From: Phoronis australis
Taxonomy: Eukaryota; Animalia; Phoronida
Length of the DNA: 38,741 nt
Assembly (NCBI GenBank): GCA_002633005.1
Contig: NMRA01000965.1
Location: 48,114-86,854 of the forward strand
Direction: 5' to 3'
A program made the position numbers and the translations under genes. How positions within the stretch are numbered: position 1 is the first letter of the stretch; each line of letters opens with the position of its first letter. Below are positions 11,224 to 23,599 of the stretch, piece after piece. Below the pieces are notes generated by a model that saw only the letters and a program-made list of their open reading frames with translations, was not told the origin of the DNA and searched no databases.

Positions 11224-11514
11224 ATGATGAAACGCGAGTTAGTAGTTCTTTGGCTTCTACAAATGCATTTTCAATTTAAAGTTATTGAGAACCAAGAGAT
11301 GACAAGCAGTAAATTTCTCAAGAAGAAAACATCAGCATCAAGGTGTCCTGGAAACGTAACTGTCCAAGTCTCTTCTATCATCGAATGTTCTCATGTATGC
11401 TCCGCGGACTCTGCCTGTGTGACGTTCCTGTATGACAGTAAAAACATTTGCTCAACTTGCAATACCGCGGAAAACGCATTACGAAAGGACGGCCCAAATT
11501 TTTTATGGTGGCGG
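11224..11514 (+). CDS. first coding exon: signal peptide + PAN/apple domain
   Basis: Hydrophobic N-terminus MMKRELVVLWLLQMHF, then RCPGNVTVQVSSIIECSHVCSADSACVTFLYDSKNICSTC (PAN pattern ECxxxCxxxxxCxxFxY...C, 6 Cys). Consensus donor CGG|GTGAGT at 11514/11515, phase 0. Confidence 0.8.
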
Positions 11515-12001
11515 GTGAGTACGTCCAGGCCGTGAGGACACCATTGTCGATTTGTCATTTTTATACTTCTGTTGTTTGCGAAATGCGCGTATCTTGCACG
11601 TACTCTGTAGTGTCATCTAGTATATTAAAAAGAAATAGATAATTTATAGAGTAACTGCAATTGCTTCGTTCAAGTGCATTCAGTTTTAATACTACATTTT
11701 GTTTTCTTGTTCTAAATCTCCATCGTTTGCTACTGTACCTTTTCCGCATGGAGCGATGTACAATGTATATTGTACAATGTAACAATTTCATAAGATGTAA
11801 CAACTGTTATATTTCATGTCATTGTTACTTTTTACATGCCTGAGCCTCTCCTAAAATGTAACAAGTTGTTACATTTTTCGTAACTGTTACATTTTACGTC
11901 GAATGCGCAGGCGAGAAAATTAACATTGTTACATTTTACGAAACCAACGTCATATCACAAAGTAAATGACCAAATTACGAATAAGTGGTATCTGACACGA
12001 T

Positions 12002-12269
12002 CGGGGGTACTCGGGTATTTTTGGGAGAAGGGCGGCCGGAAAGTTAGGATACCTACCCATTTAGAGAGTGTGCTCAGAAAAAAACAGTGACCTAATTACA
12101 TGTAGAGAGTGATTTTGTGTAAAAATTCACATTTTCGCACAGTTCTGTTCCAGAAATTCAGAAGAAAAGACACCTTTTAGATAGTATTTTGTCGAAAATT
12201 ACTCCATTTTGGAGAGTATTTTTGTTTTTTGGCGGCGTTTTGCGTATACCACTTCTACAGGATACCCGG
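12002..12269. mobile_element. degenerate MITE with (C)CGGGGGTACTC-type ends and internal repeated motif
   Basis: CGGGGGTACTC at left, GGATACCCGG at right. Four ACCC.TTT.GAGAGT-like motifs inside. Confidence 0.55.
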
Positions 12270-12366
12270 CATGAATTTGGCTTACCATTAACATTTTTAA
12301 TACTATTACATTACAATTACTGCAGTTACTACTATTACTATCGTTATCGAAATCGCAATCCCAATT

Positions 12367-12475
12367 CATGCGTACCCAACCCAAAAATTGGGGGCTCGAA
12401 TTTTTGAGAATGTGGACCTTTTACTAAAATTCACGACGTACGTTCAGAGCTATGAATTGTGCATTGGCCGAATCT
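12367..12475. mobile_element. partial CATGCGC-family MITE
   Basis: CATGCGTACCCAACCCAAAAATTGGGGGCTCGAATTTT...TGTGGACCTTTTACT...GTTCAGAGCTATGAATTGTGCAT, similar to the copies at 4007 and 13714. Confidence 0.75.
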
Positions 12476-13455
12476 TGGTTCATGCACAGAAAGTCATCAA
12501 CTTCATGATACAAACGGTTGCTATAACAAAGTTCATTTTCATTTCTCGTACCACAAGTATTTTTTTTTTAATATATGCCTCTGATCACGAATCACTCTTT
12601 CAATTAAGAACCACGCTACTTTGTATGAGCATTTTCTCGAATACGTAGTGCCTGAGAAAAAAAGTTGAAGCTTGTTCAAATTCTTTCACAAGTAATTTTT
12701 AGCATGTGCTAAACAAAGCAGACAACCTTTCAACTTAAATGTGGGTCAACATTACATTTATGTGCGGGTTGTAGAGTTGATGAACAGGGGGATTCACACA
12801 TCACCTCACCACGAGTAGGCCTAGTATCGACACGTACTGTATTTCATTAACACCATTCCTAAAGGTATTGCACCAAAAATAATGATAAGTGCATGGTTAT
12901 CACGCCCCGAAATCGGACACGGTCTTTATCAAGTGAAAATTCATATACGGATTTTGAGCACGATGAGTCTCTTCCGACTAATGAGGTATATACATAGAGA
13001 CGACACGGCTATATACTCGCAAGCATGACAGCGCGTGACACGCGCTCCGCTATATTGATGATGAACGCTATGTAAACAAAAGCACGGTGGCCTTATTGAA
13101 GCCGGGTAATTTTCAGAATAAAATTTGAAATTTTTAATACTAACGAGGTTTTAAATGATTGGTACCATAAAGCAATGTAAACATGTGACCCACGCATTGC
13201 TTAAAGGGTCATATATGCCATTACAAAGACAAAATTCCTAGTACTTTGGCTGGAATTCTCACGGAGTACTGCTAGGGCCTGGGCTCTTCGGCACGCCATT
13301 ACATCACTGCATTCCCAAAGTTTTTAGTGTGGGTCTAAAAATTCCTTGACCCGACGCCACTTGCTTTAAAGTTCGAACACAAAGATTTGAGGCACGCGTT
13401 CGTATGAAACACTTGAACATCAAGCAGAAAAAAAGTAATAGAAACAAATGGAAAT

Positions 13456-13696
13456 CATGCGCGCACCCAGGGGATCTCGGGAGGGCTCGAACGAGCCCCC
13501 ATTTGTCGAAGTGGGCAAAAAGGTATGCCTCAGAGAAACAAAAAGTCCGAGAAAACGACATAAAAGTCCATTAAGAATGCGCAAACGCACAGTGACGGTG
13601 GTACGCCCTTTTTTAGTTCTCCCGCTTTTTTGTCAGCAAAAGGTCCACATCGTCAAAAGTTCGAGCCCCCCATATTAAAGGCTGGGTGCGCGCATG
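13456..13696. mobile_element. complete MITE, perfect 15-bp TIR CATGCGCGCACCCAG, 5-bp TSD GAAAT
   Basis: GAAAT|CATGCGCGCACCCAG...CTGGGTGCGCGCATG|GAAAT (TSDs at 13451-13455 and 13697-13701). Confidence 0.93.
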
Positions 13697-13713
13697 GAAA
13701 TCGATCAGCATAC

Positions 13714-13876
13714 AATGCGCGCACCCAGCCTAAAATATAGGGGCCTCGAATTTCTCGGTATGGGAACCTTTTACTGAATGAAATGAACGAGGATTAAAAA
13801 ACACGGGACCACTAGGTTCAGGCTTACGAATTGTGCATCTGCACCGATTTCCTGTGTCCCCCTGGGAGCGCCCATG
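13714..13876. mobile_element. second CATGCGC-family MITE in opposite orientation
   Basis: CATAC|AATGCGCGCACCCAG...CTGGGAGCGCCCATG|CATAT (4/5 TSD match). Confidence 0.8.
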
Positions 13877-14569
13877 CATATAAACAGCAGTATGCGTAAA
13901 TGTAAAGTCGTGTCATTTTAAACAACAATTGACCAATGGAACTGTTTATGTTTATGTACATGTGCATATTCGGAATTGAGGCCATAGACTATTATGAGTA
14001 AAAATTGGGAGCAAAATTTTTCAAAACGATAGTTACAGAAACTCATATGTTAACAATATTTCAATAAAAAAAGAATGAACAAATTACCCCCAAAACACCC
14101 TGTACTGGTTGGTAAGGCACGCACGTATACATCGGTTAGCCGCGTTTGCCTGTGAACACCACTACTTGGGCGGCCGAAGTCGGAAGGTCTGTGCAAAGGC
14201 GTTGTCTCAAGGAAAATTACTTCAGTGATACGCACATAACTTTTCTTTAACTATCTAGTATAACTTGTCCTAGTACCTAATTCAACTTAGCGTGGTGAAC
14301 CGGTAACTTGTACAGTTTGAAACGACATGGTCTCACACTTCAACAAACAGTTGTGTCAAAGACCCTGTTGTAAAACAACACGACGACTGCAATATATGTA
14401 TAAAAGCAAAACTAGAGTTTTAAAATGGCGCTTGCATTATTGATTTTTACCAATATTATTTTTTACACCAATCAGTTTAGGCCACCCCTTTTATCCGGCC
14501 ACGATGGGCGGAATCGCAGATTTTTTCTGTCAATAACAAGCATACTCAGTCCATCTGATTGGACATCAA

Positions 14570-14882
14570 TAGGGGCGGATCCATGATTTTTGAATTAGGC
14601 GTGGGGTCATGGCACAGGAATAACCAGAATTACGCCAAATGCGCACCCAGCCTAAAATGTATGGGTGCAGGGGTCTTGAATTTTTGAGTTTGTGGGCCTT
14701 ATGACTGAAAAAAGAACCGGTGAACGGGGTTTGTTCAAGGCTATGCATTGTGCATTCGCCCCCGAGCCCGCCTTGGGGTGCGCGCATATGCCAGTCACCA
14801 ATTCGAACCCCAAACTGCCAAATGGAATCTGAGAGAGTTTTAGGGGGGGCATGGCCCCCTTGCCCAAATAAATCCGCCACTG
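14570..14882. mobile_element. CAGTGGCGGAT-family MITE containing a nested CATGCGC-family MITE (~14638-14788)
   Basis: Outer TAGGGGCGGATCC...AAATCCGCCACTG, flanked by ATCAA/ATCCA. Inner AATGCGCACCCAGCCTAAAAT...GGGGTGCGCGCATA, flanked by CGCCA/TGCCA. Confidence 0.75.
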
Positions 14883-17578
14883 ATCCAGAACGAGCAGGAA
14901 AACATTTGATTTATTTCAAAATATCATCATCACGCAGTAAAATCACACCGTGGCAGTAAAAGGGAAATGTCTATCTAGTACGCAATTACTGTACCGTACT
15001 GGTACGTGCACCCCACTTCAGCAAAAGTCAGATTTCAACCAACTCTAATTTAATTCCTCAGTTCTGTTGGATCCGACATTTACTGGCACACAGTTATGTT
15101 ACAAGTACATTTACATTGACAACACCCCGTCACGGAATGACAAATGTCAATGGTCGTAATCTCTATCTGCCCAGCTGTCCTACATACCCAGGCATTAATA
15201 CTCAGAATACCTTAAACAAAACAGAATATGAAAATGACGGTTTTCCTCAAGTAAGACAATTACAGATTTTAATAGCTTGCCAGGCTACATTACGTTTGTC
15301 CCCATCTCTTGAAATCTAGAAAAACAACCCATCTAACGTCCCAATATAACATTGGAGGGTGTAGCATTCTTGGGTATCCCGTTCTTCGATCCTGCCCTAT
15401 TCCCAAAAACCTGGCTATATTAATAATTCTTCGAATTGGTGTCCACTCTGTAAAAATGTACAACTACTAATCTTGTAGTCACTTTTTGTGTTTCTTCGTT
15501 GTTAGAAAATAAGAGATATCTTGTAGAGAATAAGGTCACTAAACCCTTAAAGACATATCGGACTAAGAAGGAAAGTCAAGCAAAGACCATGAAACATCGA
15601 CTTGAGTGGGTGTTCTAGGGACCTAATGAAGTTGAAAAATATTGTTTCTGCGACCGGATGCGCACCCACAAAATCATTTTATTTCAGTTTCAATTTTCAA
15701 ACCTCTAAAGATCAAAAACCATACCATTGATTCTGGGCCATACTTGAAATCAAACTTTATTTTTGTTGTATTCTGCTATAACTAAAGATAAGTGTAAAGA
15801 CATTTTAATTCTGTGCTCAAGTATGCAATGATTTTCTTGGATGATTTTCTAAAAATCCCAGTTTGCACTTGATGATCCTAACATTAAAGCTATGAGTTTT
15901 TGCTTGAAACCCGGTGTTGTACCAATATTGGTTCCTAGATACTACAAAGTACGCACGCATCTCGACTAACATGGTTCATCAGCAACATGGCGGACCACTC
16001 CGCTCAATTGGAACCACGTGATGTCAACTCTAGCTACATTTATCTCATTACGTCCGACCACGTGTCTGCACATACAACAGTCGTTTATGAAGTCGTACAC
16101 GAAAACAGACTTTGCAGACCGTGTTCTTGACCTCTAACTATTGTATATGACTTCCATAAGTAACTGTCGTGTAAGACTAATCGGGGTAAGGCGATGGATG
16201 CTCCACAATTTTTCCAGCTTAATTTCACAGTTTGATACTTGCAGGCAGAGCACTTCCGATTAAATTGATACGGCTTTCGTTCGATTCAGACCGGAGAAGT
16301 CGCATGCCGGTGTCTACTCAGTCCGACTGTCTTGCTAAGTTTTGATTCAAGCAACCATATGGTGCTTCCAACCTGACTGAATTGTGTTGCAGTACACAGG
16401 CCTAAATTGTCGTTTAGACGAGAATAAAACTTCAAATAAAGTTCGTCTCCTTTTTGGCGATAGACCAATCTCACAAAAGACTTTCATAACAGGCGATAGC
16501 ATTTGCAGACCTTGCTACACCAAGACTAGGCTAGGCGTGTTGCGTTTGCCTCTTGGCCGGGACATCTAGGGAATTCTAACGACAGCAAGGTACGCCTCAG
16601 CCAAGCAGCATACCAAGCCTATTCATATGGACATGTCCGAGTTAACTGAGAGTGTAAATCTTTGTTTGAAAGAGATATGTGCTTGTAATTATTTAGACCA
16701 TATTAGGTTATGCATAGAAACACAAAGGGCAAGGTAATGCCGTAACGCACAACCCAGTCTGCAGGTGATCTGGGTGATTGTGGGTGTACTTTGAAAATGT
16801 ATTTCTTAAGTGTAAGCTAAAATATATTTGAATGAAAGCTCTGAATGCCTCTATATGAGTCAAATACTACACTAACATTTGGGGTTTGGTCTCCTCAAAG
16901 CCAAACCGAACCTACGCCAGACTGCGACTATCCCGTCATACTGTAATTGATTCACAAACTAATGCTTGTTACGTAGCCGAGTTGCTGAAGAAAATCTATT
17001 CGATAATTTATCTTATAATGCCTCGATTTTAAAAATTCAAAGACAAGTAATATTTATTTTTCAATGTTAAGAACTTGGCATGTTGGCCTTTTGCCTTACC
17101 AATTGTTCGGTCTTCGACTTTGAAACACGCGTGTTGGTTTACGACCACAATTACATGTATCTCATCCAAAAGGTTCAGCCAAGCCCATGAATGACGAGTA
17201 GCTCCCTACAATCCGTGACGGCGTCATCAAGCCCTTGATGTGCCGAGGACTTCGCTTGATACTCTAGGGTAAACGGTGCACGCTACCTTGTCCACTTGCA
17301 TGTAAATCGTGTTAGCGTAAGATTTGCCAAATGCCACTGCAAACCAAAATCTTAATCAGAGCAGCGAAGTGGGGTAGAATGAGAGGAAACAAGATAATTT
17401 AAGGAGAGCTTTACCCTTAAACTTAAAGTTCCTTGTCCAATACTATGGCGTTTTTTTGCATCGATGTCGTTTTCATATCGCCTTAATTGTTTTGTAGGAA
17501 TTTCAAGACTGCTCCGACCCAGGTACAGTATGTGTGCTTAAAGTAGTGAGTGAATGCAGAACGCAAGGAACTGGTGAG

Positions 17579-17816
17579 CCTTAGTTCCTTTGAACTTTCG
17601 AGGGTATATTGTTGGGGAAAAGTATAAAACATTTTCGTTACCAGAGTGCGAGCGACACACTGCTAAAGGTGTTGGTACGAGACAACCCGAATGTTGACCC
17701 TAAGTTCATTCTAACTTTCAAGGGGTCTAGTTTTGTGAAAATCTTAAAACATTCTCGTTACCAACATAGAAGCGCGGCCCTGCTGAGGGTGTTGATATGA
17801 GACAACCTGACTGTTG
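17579..17816. repeat. diverged tandem duplication, 2 x ~120 bp
   Basis: Both units carry AGTTC...AACTTTC.AGGG...TAAAACATT.TCGTTACCA...CTGCT.A.GGTGTTG.TA.GAGACAACC.GA.TGTTG. Confidence 0.85.
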
Positions 17817-18988
17817 TCGATCTATTTGGACAAAGGAAGAAAATGTTGGGAAAGAAACAAAAAATTGGGGTCAGAGCTCCATTCAAGTAACAGTAATTAA
17901 AAATAGTTCTTTAACAAATTTATTCATGTGCACTTTGTGTCCGTGTGGTAAACTATTGTCATGACCTTGATAATGGGTTTTTACAACCACTACCCTTCCT
18001 TTTTCTTCATAGAGCAACTTACTTTAAAGATTGTTGTGTATGATCGTTGCTTCTCAGCAGATGTACAGCACACGTTTATGACTTATCTTGGAGCGTTTCA
18101 GTCTCGTGGTGATACACGTCCTGTATATGTTCAGATCTAAGTGTTTGGACACATAGTTGTTCACGAAACGGGATTGTTTGTGACAAAATACGCTTTTGTC
18201 ATGATAGTGCATTATTTTTTCTGCAGTTTAAAAGCAATGAATACTAGGTTTTTGCTCTGTCGAGTACGGTTCTTTCTCGTAAAGCAAGATAATGCTAGTC
18301 TATGTAAAATCAACCGAGTGAAAAGCGAATGGTTTGCGCTTGAGCTGGGGATAGCTTTCTTTACAAACATTGCCACTGAAACTTTGAATTATGCAGCAAG
18401 AGGTATAAATAAAACGGCATTTCTGTTCCATGAGCGAAGAATCATCCCGGCAAGTGTCATCGTAGTACTCTTTCCCAGGGATACGCGGGGTAGCACTATT
18501 AGCGTGAAAGTGTAATTAATATGGAGATGTATTGCAATGGAAGGGGTATCACTTGGCATCTTGATTGATTGGACAATAACATTCAGATACTCCGATTGGT
18601 TGATTTTGTAAGGTGCACAAGTCTACTGCTCCGCATGTACATCCTGTATATCTACACGAACGAGTTTACGCTTTCGAGTTGAGCATGCGCATTCGCGTGA
18701 CGGATAAGTACATGTAGGTAGCGGAAACAAGACGAGGTTTGCATTAGGGTCTTGTAGGGATCGTGCAGTAAATGTCCGTTTTCCTTTCAAATAGCGAGTA
18801 TATCTCAGTGACAAAATAATGGCGGTTACTTCACCAGCACGTGGATACTGCGATGTTATATGGACATACGATCTTTCAAATCATTAGTAAAGTAAGATTT
18901 ATTCCTCAGAATTGTGATTCGCTGATCTGCAGATGCTGGGGTGACCGATGATAGAAATAATCTGTGATTGTGATGATACTGAGGCTTC

Positions 18989-19018
18989 AAAAAAAAAAAA
19001 AAAAAAAAACTTTTTTTT
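18989..19018. repeat. A21 run followed by C and T8
   Basis: Read directly from the sequence. Confidence 0.9.
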
Positions 19019-21753
19019 GATTTGTATCCACGGCTAACCTTATTAATACTGACCCTGGGTTGAACTTCGTAAAAGCGTGGCCGACCTCGTAATATTACCG
19101 GTTTTTACCGACAACACAGCTGCATTAAACAATGCGTTACAAAGTTGATCATGCAAGGTTTTCAGCAAGAAAATAACTGTGTGACAGTCTTTAATATGCT
19201 GGGGATGACGTAATTGCAACCACTTAACAAAACACTCCATATATTCTTAAGAACATTGGTTTCAACAGGCAATACTCGCTCTTTAATTTACATTTGAAGC
19301 GCACGTAAATTGTTTGCCTACTACAACAAAATAAATATTCTATGTGAAACCGTGGCCTCGTGTATTGGGGCTTACAACTGGTGCAACCCAAGCATTGATG
19401 CATTTCACGAAAATTCATAATTGGTGAACAACTCACGATTATAAGACGTCAAAGAAATCAACAAAACGACCCTTTTCCGGCTCATTTAAAACAATATATC
19501 TTCACGAAAAACCACATACATGTAACTCATCCCGGTTTCGGTTTTCAGAGAAATAGTGAGACCAATCTTTTTGTTCATCGCCAGGTTCAGTCTTTTGTCC
19601 GATGTCACGACGCAAAATTTAATTTTCTCACATAAACTGGAATGTGTTACGACATGACTGGTTAATATCACCGAGTACGTATTTTATTTGATATTACATG
19701 GGCGATTCACAAAGTAGTGCAAAGCAGAAATCCATACGCCTGACATCTTATCGTCTCAAAACAGTAATACCAATAACCGTGAAGGTGACAAAGAAAAATT
19801 ATGGTTGACAAATGCGTCACAACTCTAACTGAAAGAGAGCGTGGCCCGTAGCCAGGGGGGTTGTGGGGTTCGATCGAACCCCCCGTCGCGGAAAAGGTCC
19901 AGCCCCAGCTCAGATAAGGATAGGATATAGATGGACAACCGCAACAAAACTGTTGCAGTTACTGATACTACTAACTGCAATAATAAATAAGGTAGTAATA
20001 ACTTTGAATTTGCTTCTGAGTCAAAGCGCTTCACGTAATCATCGGGCCTTACCCGGCCAACATTTTCCGAATAGTGTTTGGGTAGATGCCAGGTTCATGC
20101 AGACGAGGCTTTATGTTATTTATCGACAGAATGCGCGCGGTGGCTACGCCATAGGGTGACAACAGAGTCTATACCTAGCTAAGCTATATAGCAGAGAGTG
20201 AGCTCCCAAAAATTATACTGCGGTGTGAATGCCTTGAAATCGACTAGAAACTGGTCAGTGTTCTCTTGTCAATCAGTGTAAATGGTGCGCAGCCTCTCAG
20301 ACTCCACACGAGCAACAAACTTCAATTGATGGAAAAGATATCCAAGGTTACGTGCCACTATTCCGAAGGTTAACTACTCCAAAGGTCCACTACTCCAAAG
20401 GTCCGCTACTCCGAAGATTCTCTTCTCCGAAGGTTCGTTACCTTCGAAAGTTCACTACTTCAAATGTCCACAATTCCGAAACCATAACCCCGACAGTTCA
20501 TTACTCTGATTGTCTACTAATGAGTAGAGACTGACATGAATGGAGTATTACATTTGTATCCACTTTGTAGCTATTTAAAGGGTGTGCAAGAATTGAGTAG
20601 TTCTTAAAACAAAGATTACATTGTTTACAAATGAGCTTAGTTTCAAGCACTGCCAATCGTGATTCTTGAATTTAGACAGTACACACCAAGGATTTTTGCA
20701 CATTTTGAATTACCGGTGGCCACAGACTAAATGCATGACGTAAAATTTAGCTAAACCCATGTTTTTTGTTTAATTAACTCGAATTTTTCTTTTTCTTTCG
20801 ATTTTGCCAATTTTCACATTTCTTGCCTTTTGACGTCATGGGTTGAACACAAGAGATCAGTGACTAGCATTGAACAATGGCGGAGAGCAGTGAATTTGAA
20901 AGCGACGACGATTATGAGCAAGAATTGAATGAATACTATGAAGAAACGTACGGAAATGGTGGCCGGGATGAGGAAATGGGGTTGCACGAAATCAGTGGCG
21001 GATCTACGTTTTCAGCAAGGGGGGATGTTTAAGATTCCCGCCAAGGTCGAATCCTAGGCGCGTGGCGCCGAAGGGGGGGAGGTCGGCAGGGGGGTTTCCC
21101 CTCCCGTGTAAGATATATTTTTTTGCTTTTGTAGCCAAATAGTGAAGTTTCTATGCACCCTGGTAAGTTTCTGGCACTTAACGTGTCTCTGGAGTTTTTC
21201 TTAAGATAATTAAAAACCCTTCTCGATTTCGTCACATGTTTGAACTTGGCTCATAAGTTTCATGAAACCATATTGTGCACATCTGGGTATTAGTCACGCC
21301 ACCAGCAAAAATTTTTGTTGGAACATCTGCTTACACACACGTTTTTAGCATACAAAAAGTCGTATACCAAAACGTAAGGTGTGTATACAGGAGTTTAGAC
21401 AATTTCCAAAAAGTCAAGGGCATAATCAAGGAGCACTGACGGGGCGTAAAAACTTGAATATCAAATGATCGCGTAACAGCAGCCTCAAGTGGTTTAAGAA
21501 CGAAGACCTGTACTGTTAGTCCGGAAATAAACATGTGTTCTGTCTCGTTACGAGAAAAACTGGCGAACGATGGTGTTCTCAGCTCATAGTCTATTATTAA
21601 AAGCGACAATAAATAATTAGGTATCACTTTATTATATAAGCTGAATCACGTTGACAACAATTGAAAAACGTCAAATCTATCAGGAAACAAATCATCTGAA
21701 AATAGTTTCACGAAACCAAAACATCCTGTGCACAGTGGTGAAAAGATACTCTG

Positions 21754-22032
21754 GACTAGTTTGCAGAGGGACCAGATGTACCCTGAGAGTACACAAAAAG
21801 CTGACCTGGTCCGTCACGAGACCAAGAGTACACCTGTGCTTATTATCTCTATAAAAATAGTCGATCTGTCGCGGGACCAAACAGTACTGGCTGAGGTAAA
21901 TAGTTTTACAAAGCACACTTTGGTAAAAAAATCACAAGACTAGTTCGCCGAGGGACCAGAAATACGCTGAAACTCAACATTTACACAAATCAAGCTGTCC
22001 TGGTCCGTCACGAGATCTAAAGTGTACTATGC
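21754..22032. repeat. ~90-bp-period diverged repeat (2 clear + 1 partial unit) inside the hAT element
   Basis: GACTAGTT.GC.GAGGGACCAGA...AAGCTG.CCTGGTCCGTCACGAGA at 21754 and 21938, with a partial GGGACCA unit at ~21872. Each full unit has an internal GGACCAG/CTGGTCC inverted pair. Confidence 0.75.
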
Positions 22033-22085
22033 AAAAAATTTTGAATTGAAAACTTCTCTCTAAAATTTTAATCCCCAGTGGTTAC

Positions 22086-22380
22086 TCATACGTTAGTCCT
22101 ATCCTTCTGTTGTCTAGACTGCCGAGGAATTTGTATATCGGATCCAATGATTTGCTCGTCTTGGAACCATTCTACCCAGATATCTTCGATGTTTGTTCCC
22201 AACGCTTGCACTTCGTCAACTGCTGTGTCAATGAGCTTGTAAGGCTCTACAATGTCAGCATCTCGTTTCGCAGCTCAGTTGACAATAAGACCCTTGAGGT
22301 TGCCAAGTCCATTCAAAAGACTTACATGCGCAACTAAATTTGATCCGTTCATCATGGACTACTTCAAACCTTGACGAAGC
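22086..22380 (-). pseudogene. hAT transposase remnant (PRKRIR/THAP12/ZMYM1-like type)
   Basis: RQGLK*SMMNGSNLVAHVSLLNGLGNLKGLIVN*AAKRDADIVEPYKLIDTAVDEVQALGTNIEDIWVEWFQDEQIIGSDIQIPRQSRQQKDRTNV*. This resembles the LQxxxxDIxxAY...PRxxxRQxxRxN segment of these transposases. Not in the supplied ORF track. Confidence 0.7.
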
Positions 22381-23599
22381 AGCCCAGGACCTATTTGCAT
22401 CTCTTGCAATTTTCGAAATAAACGTCACATTGTCTGAACGCTTGAAACCCGAAGTACTAATATCAAATAAATGCCCATGGGCATGAGCGTTTCATCGGGT
22501 GAGCCTTTGTGCCAAAATTCCCAGTATAGAAGACGGCAGTGTGCTTATTGCAGGTAGACAGACGGTAGGTGTTGAGGTCGGAACTAGGGCTCCTTAGGAG
22601 GCCTATTGAACATCGCACGAGGCCCGCAAGACTTTGTTGTGAAAGAACAGCCTCCCCGCAATTTCTGGTACTGTACACTTTTCGTGAATGCGGTCACTTT
22701 CTCAATGTGAGTGCCCTCTTGGTCATTCCTTGTATAGACATAGTTTGTTACACAGTGTGTCTTCAAACGGACTCGCGACCAGACCACGGCGTCCATAACA
22801 TTAGCAATTCTTCGGAAAAAGATTTTTTTTTTCAAAAATATTACATGAACATGTACACAATATTACATGTACATGTACACCGTATGATATTGCCCAAGAC
22901 AACTTTACTATACATCAGTTACAATCGTGTGGAGTGTAATAGAACGACACGGCATGACAGATGAGGTAAAAACGTTGCACGTCAATTCGCCTGAATATCA
23001 GGGTTGCGGCAACGCAATATTTCCCCCAATCAAATCAAAATATATCTTAGAATAAAGAAGCTAGTTACCAAAAGAAATCAGTTATAGAACTGCTCTTTCA
23101 GCGGTGAATCCATCTAAAATGCTTGGCTACTTCAGAAGTGTCGACGGAAGCGCGCTCACAATTAATCCCCGCGCGTTTTGCCGATGAGCCACAAAGACTC
23201 AGCAATTCACAATGCAAAAAACTATATCTTCAGAGTGAGCCCCCCCTCAATTTTTCCAAGTTGGTTTACTTGGGGTTTACACACGCTGGCGGTGTCGTTT
23301 TTGTTTTGCCTGATACGCTTTTTGTTTTTCTTTTATTTTTTGGGTCCTGGCCCGAGGGGGGGGTTTAAACCCCCTGAACCTCCCCCCGTAGATCCGCCAC
23401 TGCGAAAGCCAGAATAAGTTTGATGTGCTTCCGGCTGCGTACTTTTCTACTTTGAGCCTTACGAATTGGATCCTCCCTTGAGAGAAGCTGCCTCGGGCTC
23501 AGCGAGTCAACCCAGTCATCCAACAGACAATCCTGAATTAAGAGCAGATGTTTGTGAATGATAAATATTGTCCTTTATAGAACCAGGCCTTCATCGTAA

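Larger units (their letters stand above)
20993..23402 (-). mobile_element. degenerate hAT transposon, perfect 16-bp TIR CAGTGGCGGATCTACG
   Basis: CAGTGGCGGATCTACG...CGTAGATCCGCCACTG, flanked by CGAAAT/CGAAAG. Carries an internal transposase remnant. Confidence 0.85.
20877..23560 (+). pseudogene. acidic N-terminal exon of a putative Kolobok accessory (KolX-like) ORF, split by a hAT insertion (20877-20992 + 23403-23560)
   Basis: MAESSEFESDDDYEQELNEYYEETYGNGGRDEEMGLHE|SQNKFDVLPAAYF, (frameshift) YFEPYELDPPLREAASGSASQPSHPTDNPELRADVCE(W), then ATAAAT (possibly a mutated GTAAAT donor). The family assignment is inference. Confidence 0.5.

Noticed and set aside
15547-15570. Other TTAAAG-starting Kolobok-like ends (also 13201, 28093, 35139)
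   Set aside because: No matching opposite TIR was found, and TTAAAG is frequent in AT-rich DNA.
18904-19018. C/D snoRNA or retrocopy (TGATGA, CTGA, terminal stem, poly-A)
   Set aside because: The boxes are only 2 nt apart, the stem overlaps the D box, and there is no TSD.
19043-19330. Possible Academ-like transposase remnant (GKQF...FVKWLQLRHP)
   Set aside because: Too degenerate to support.
20352-20480. Regular ~16-bp repeats as a CRISPR array or repeat protein
   Set aside because: No unique spacers and no cas genes in a eukaryotic context. The array is mirrored at 24530-24607, so it is a transposon end.
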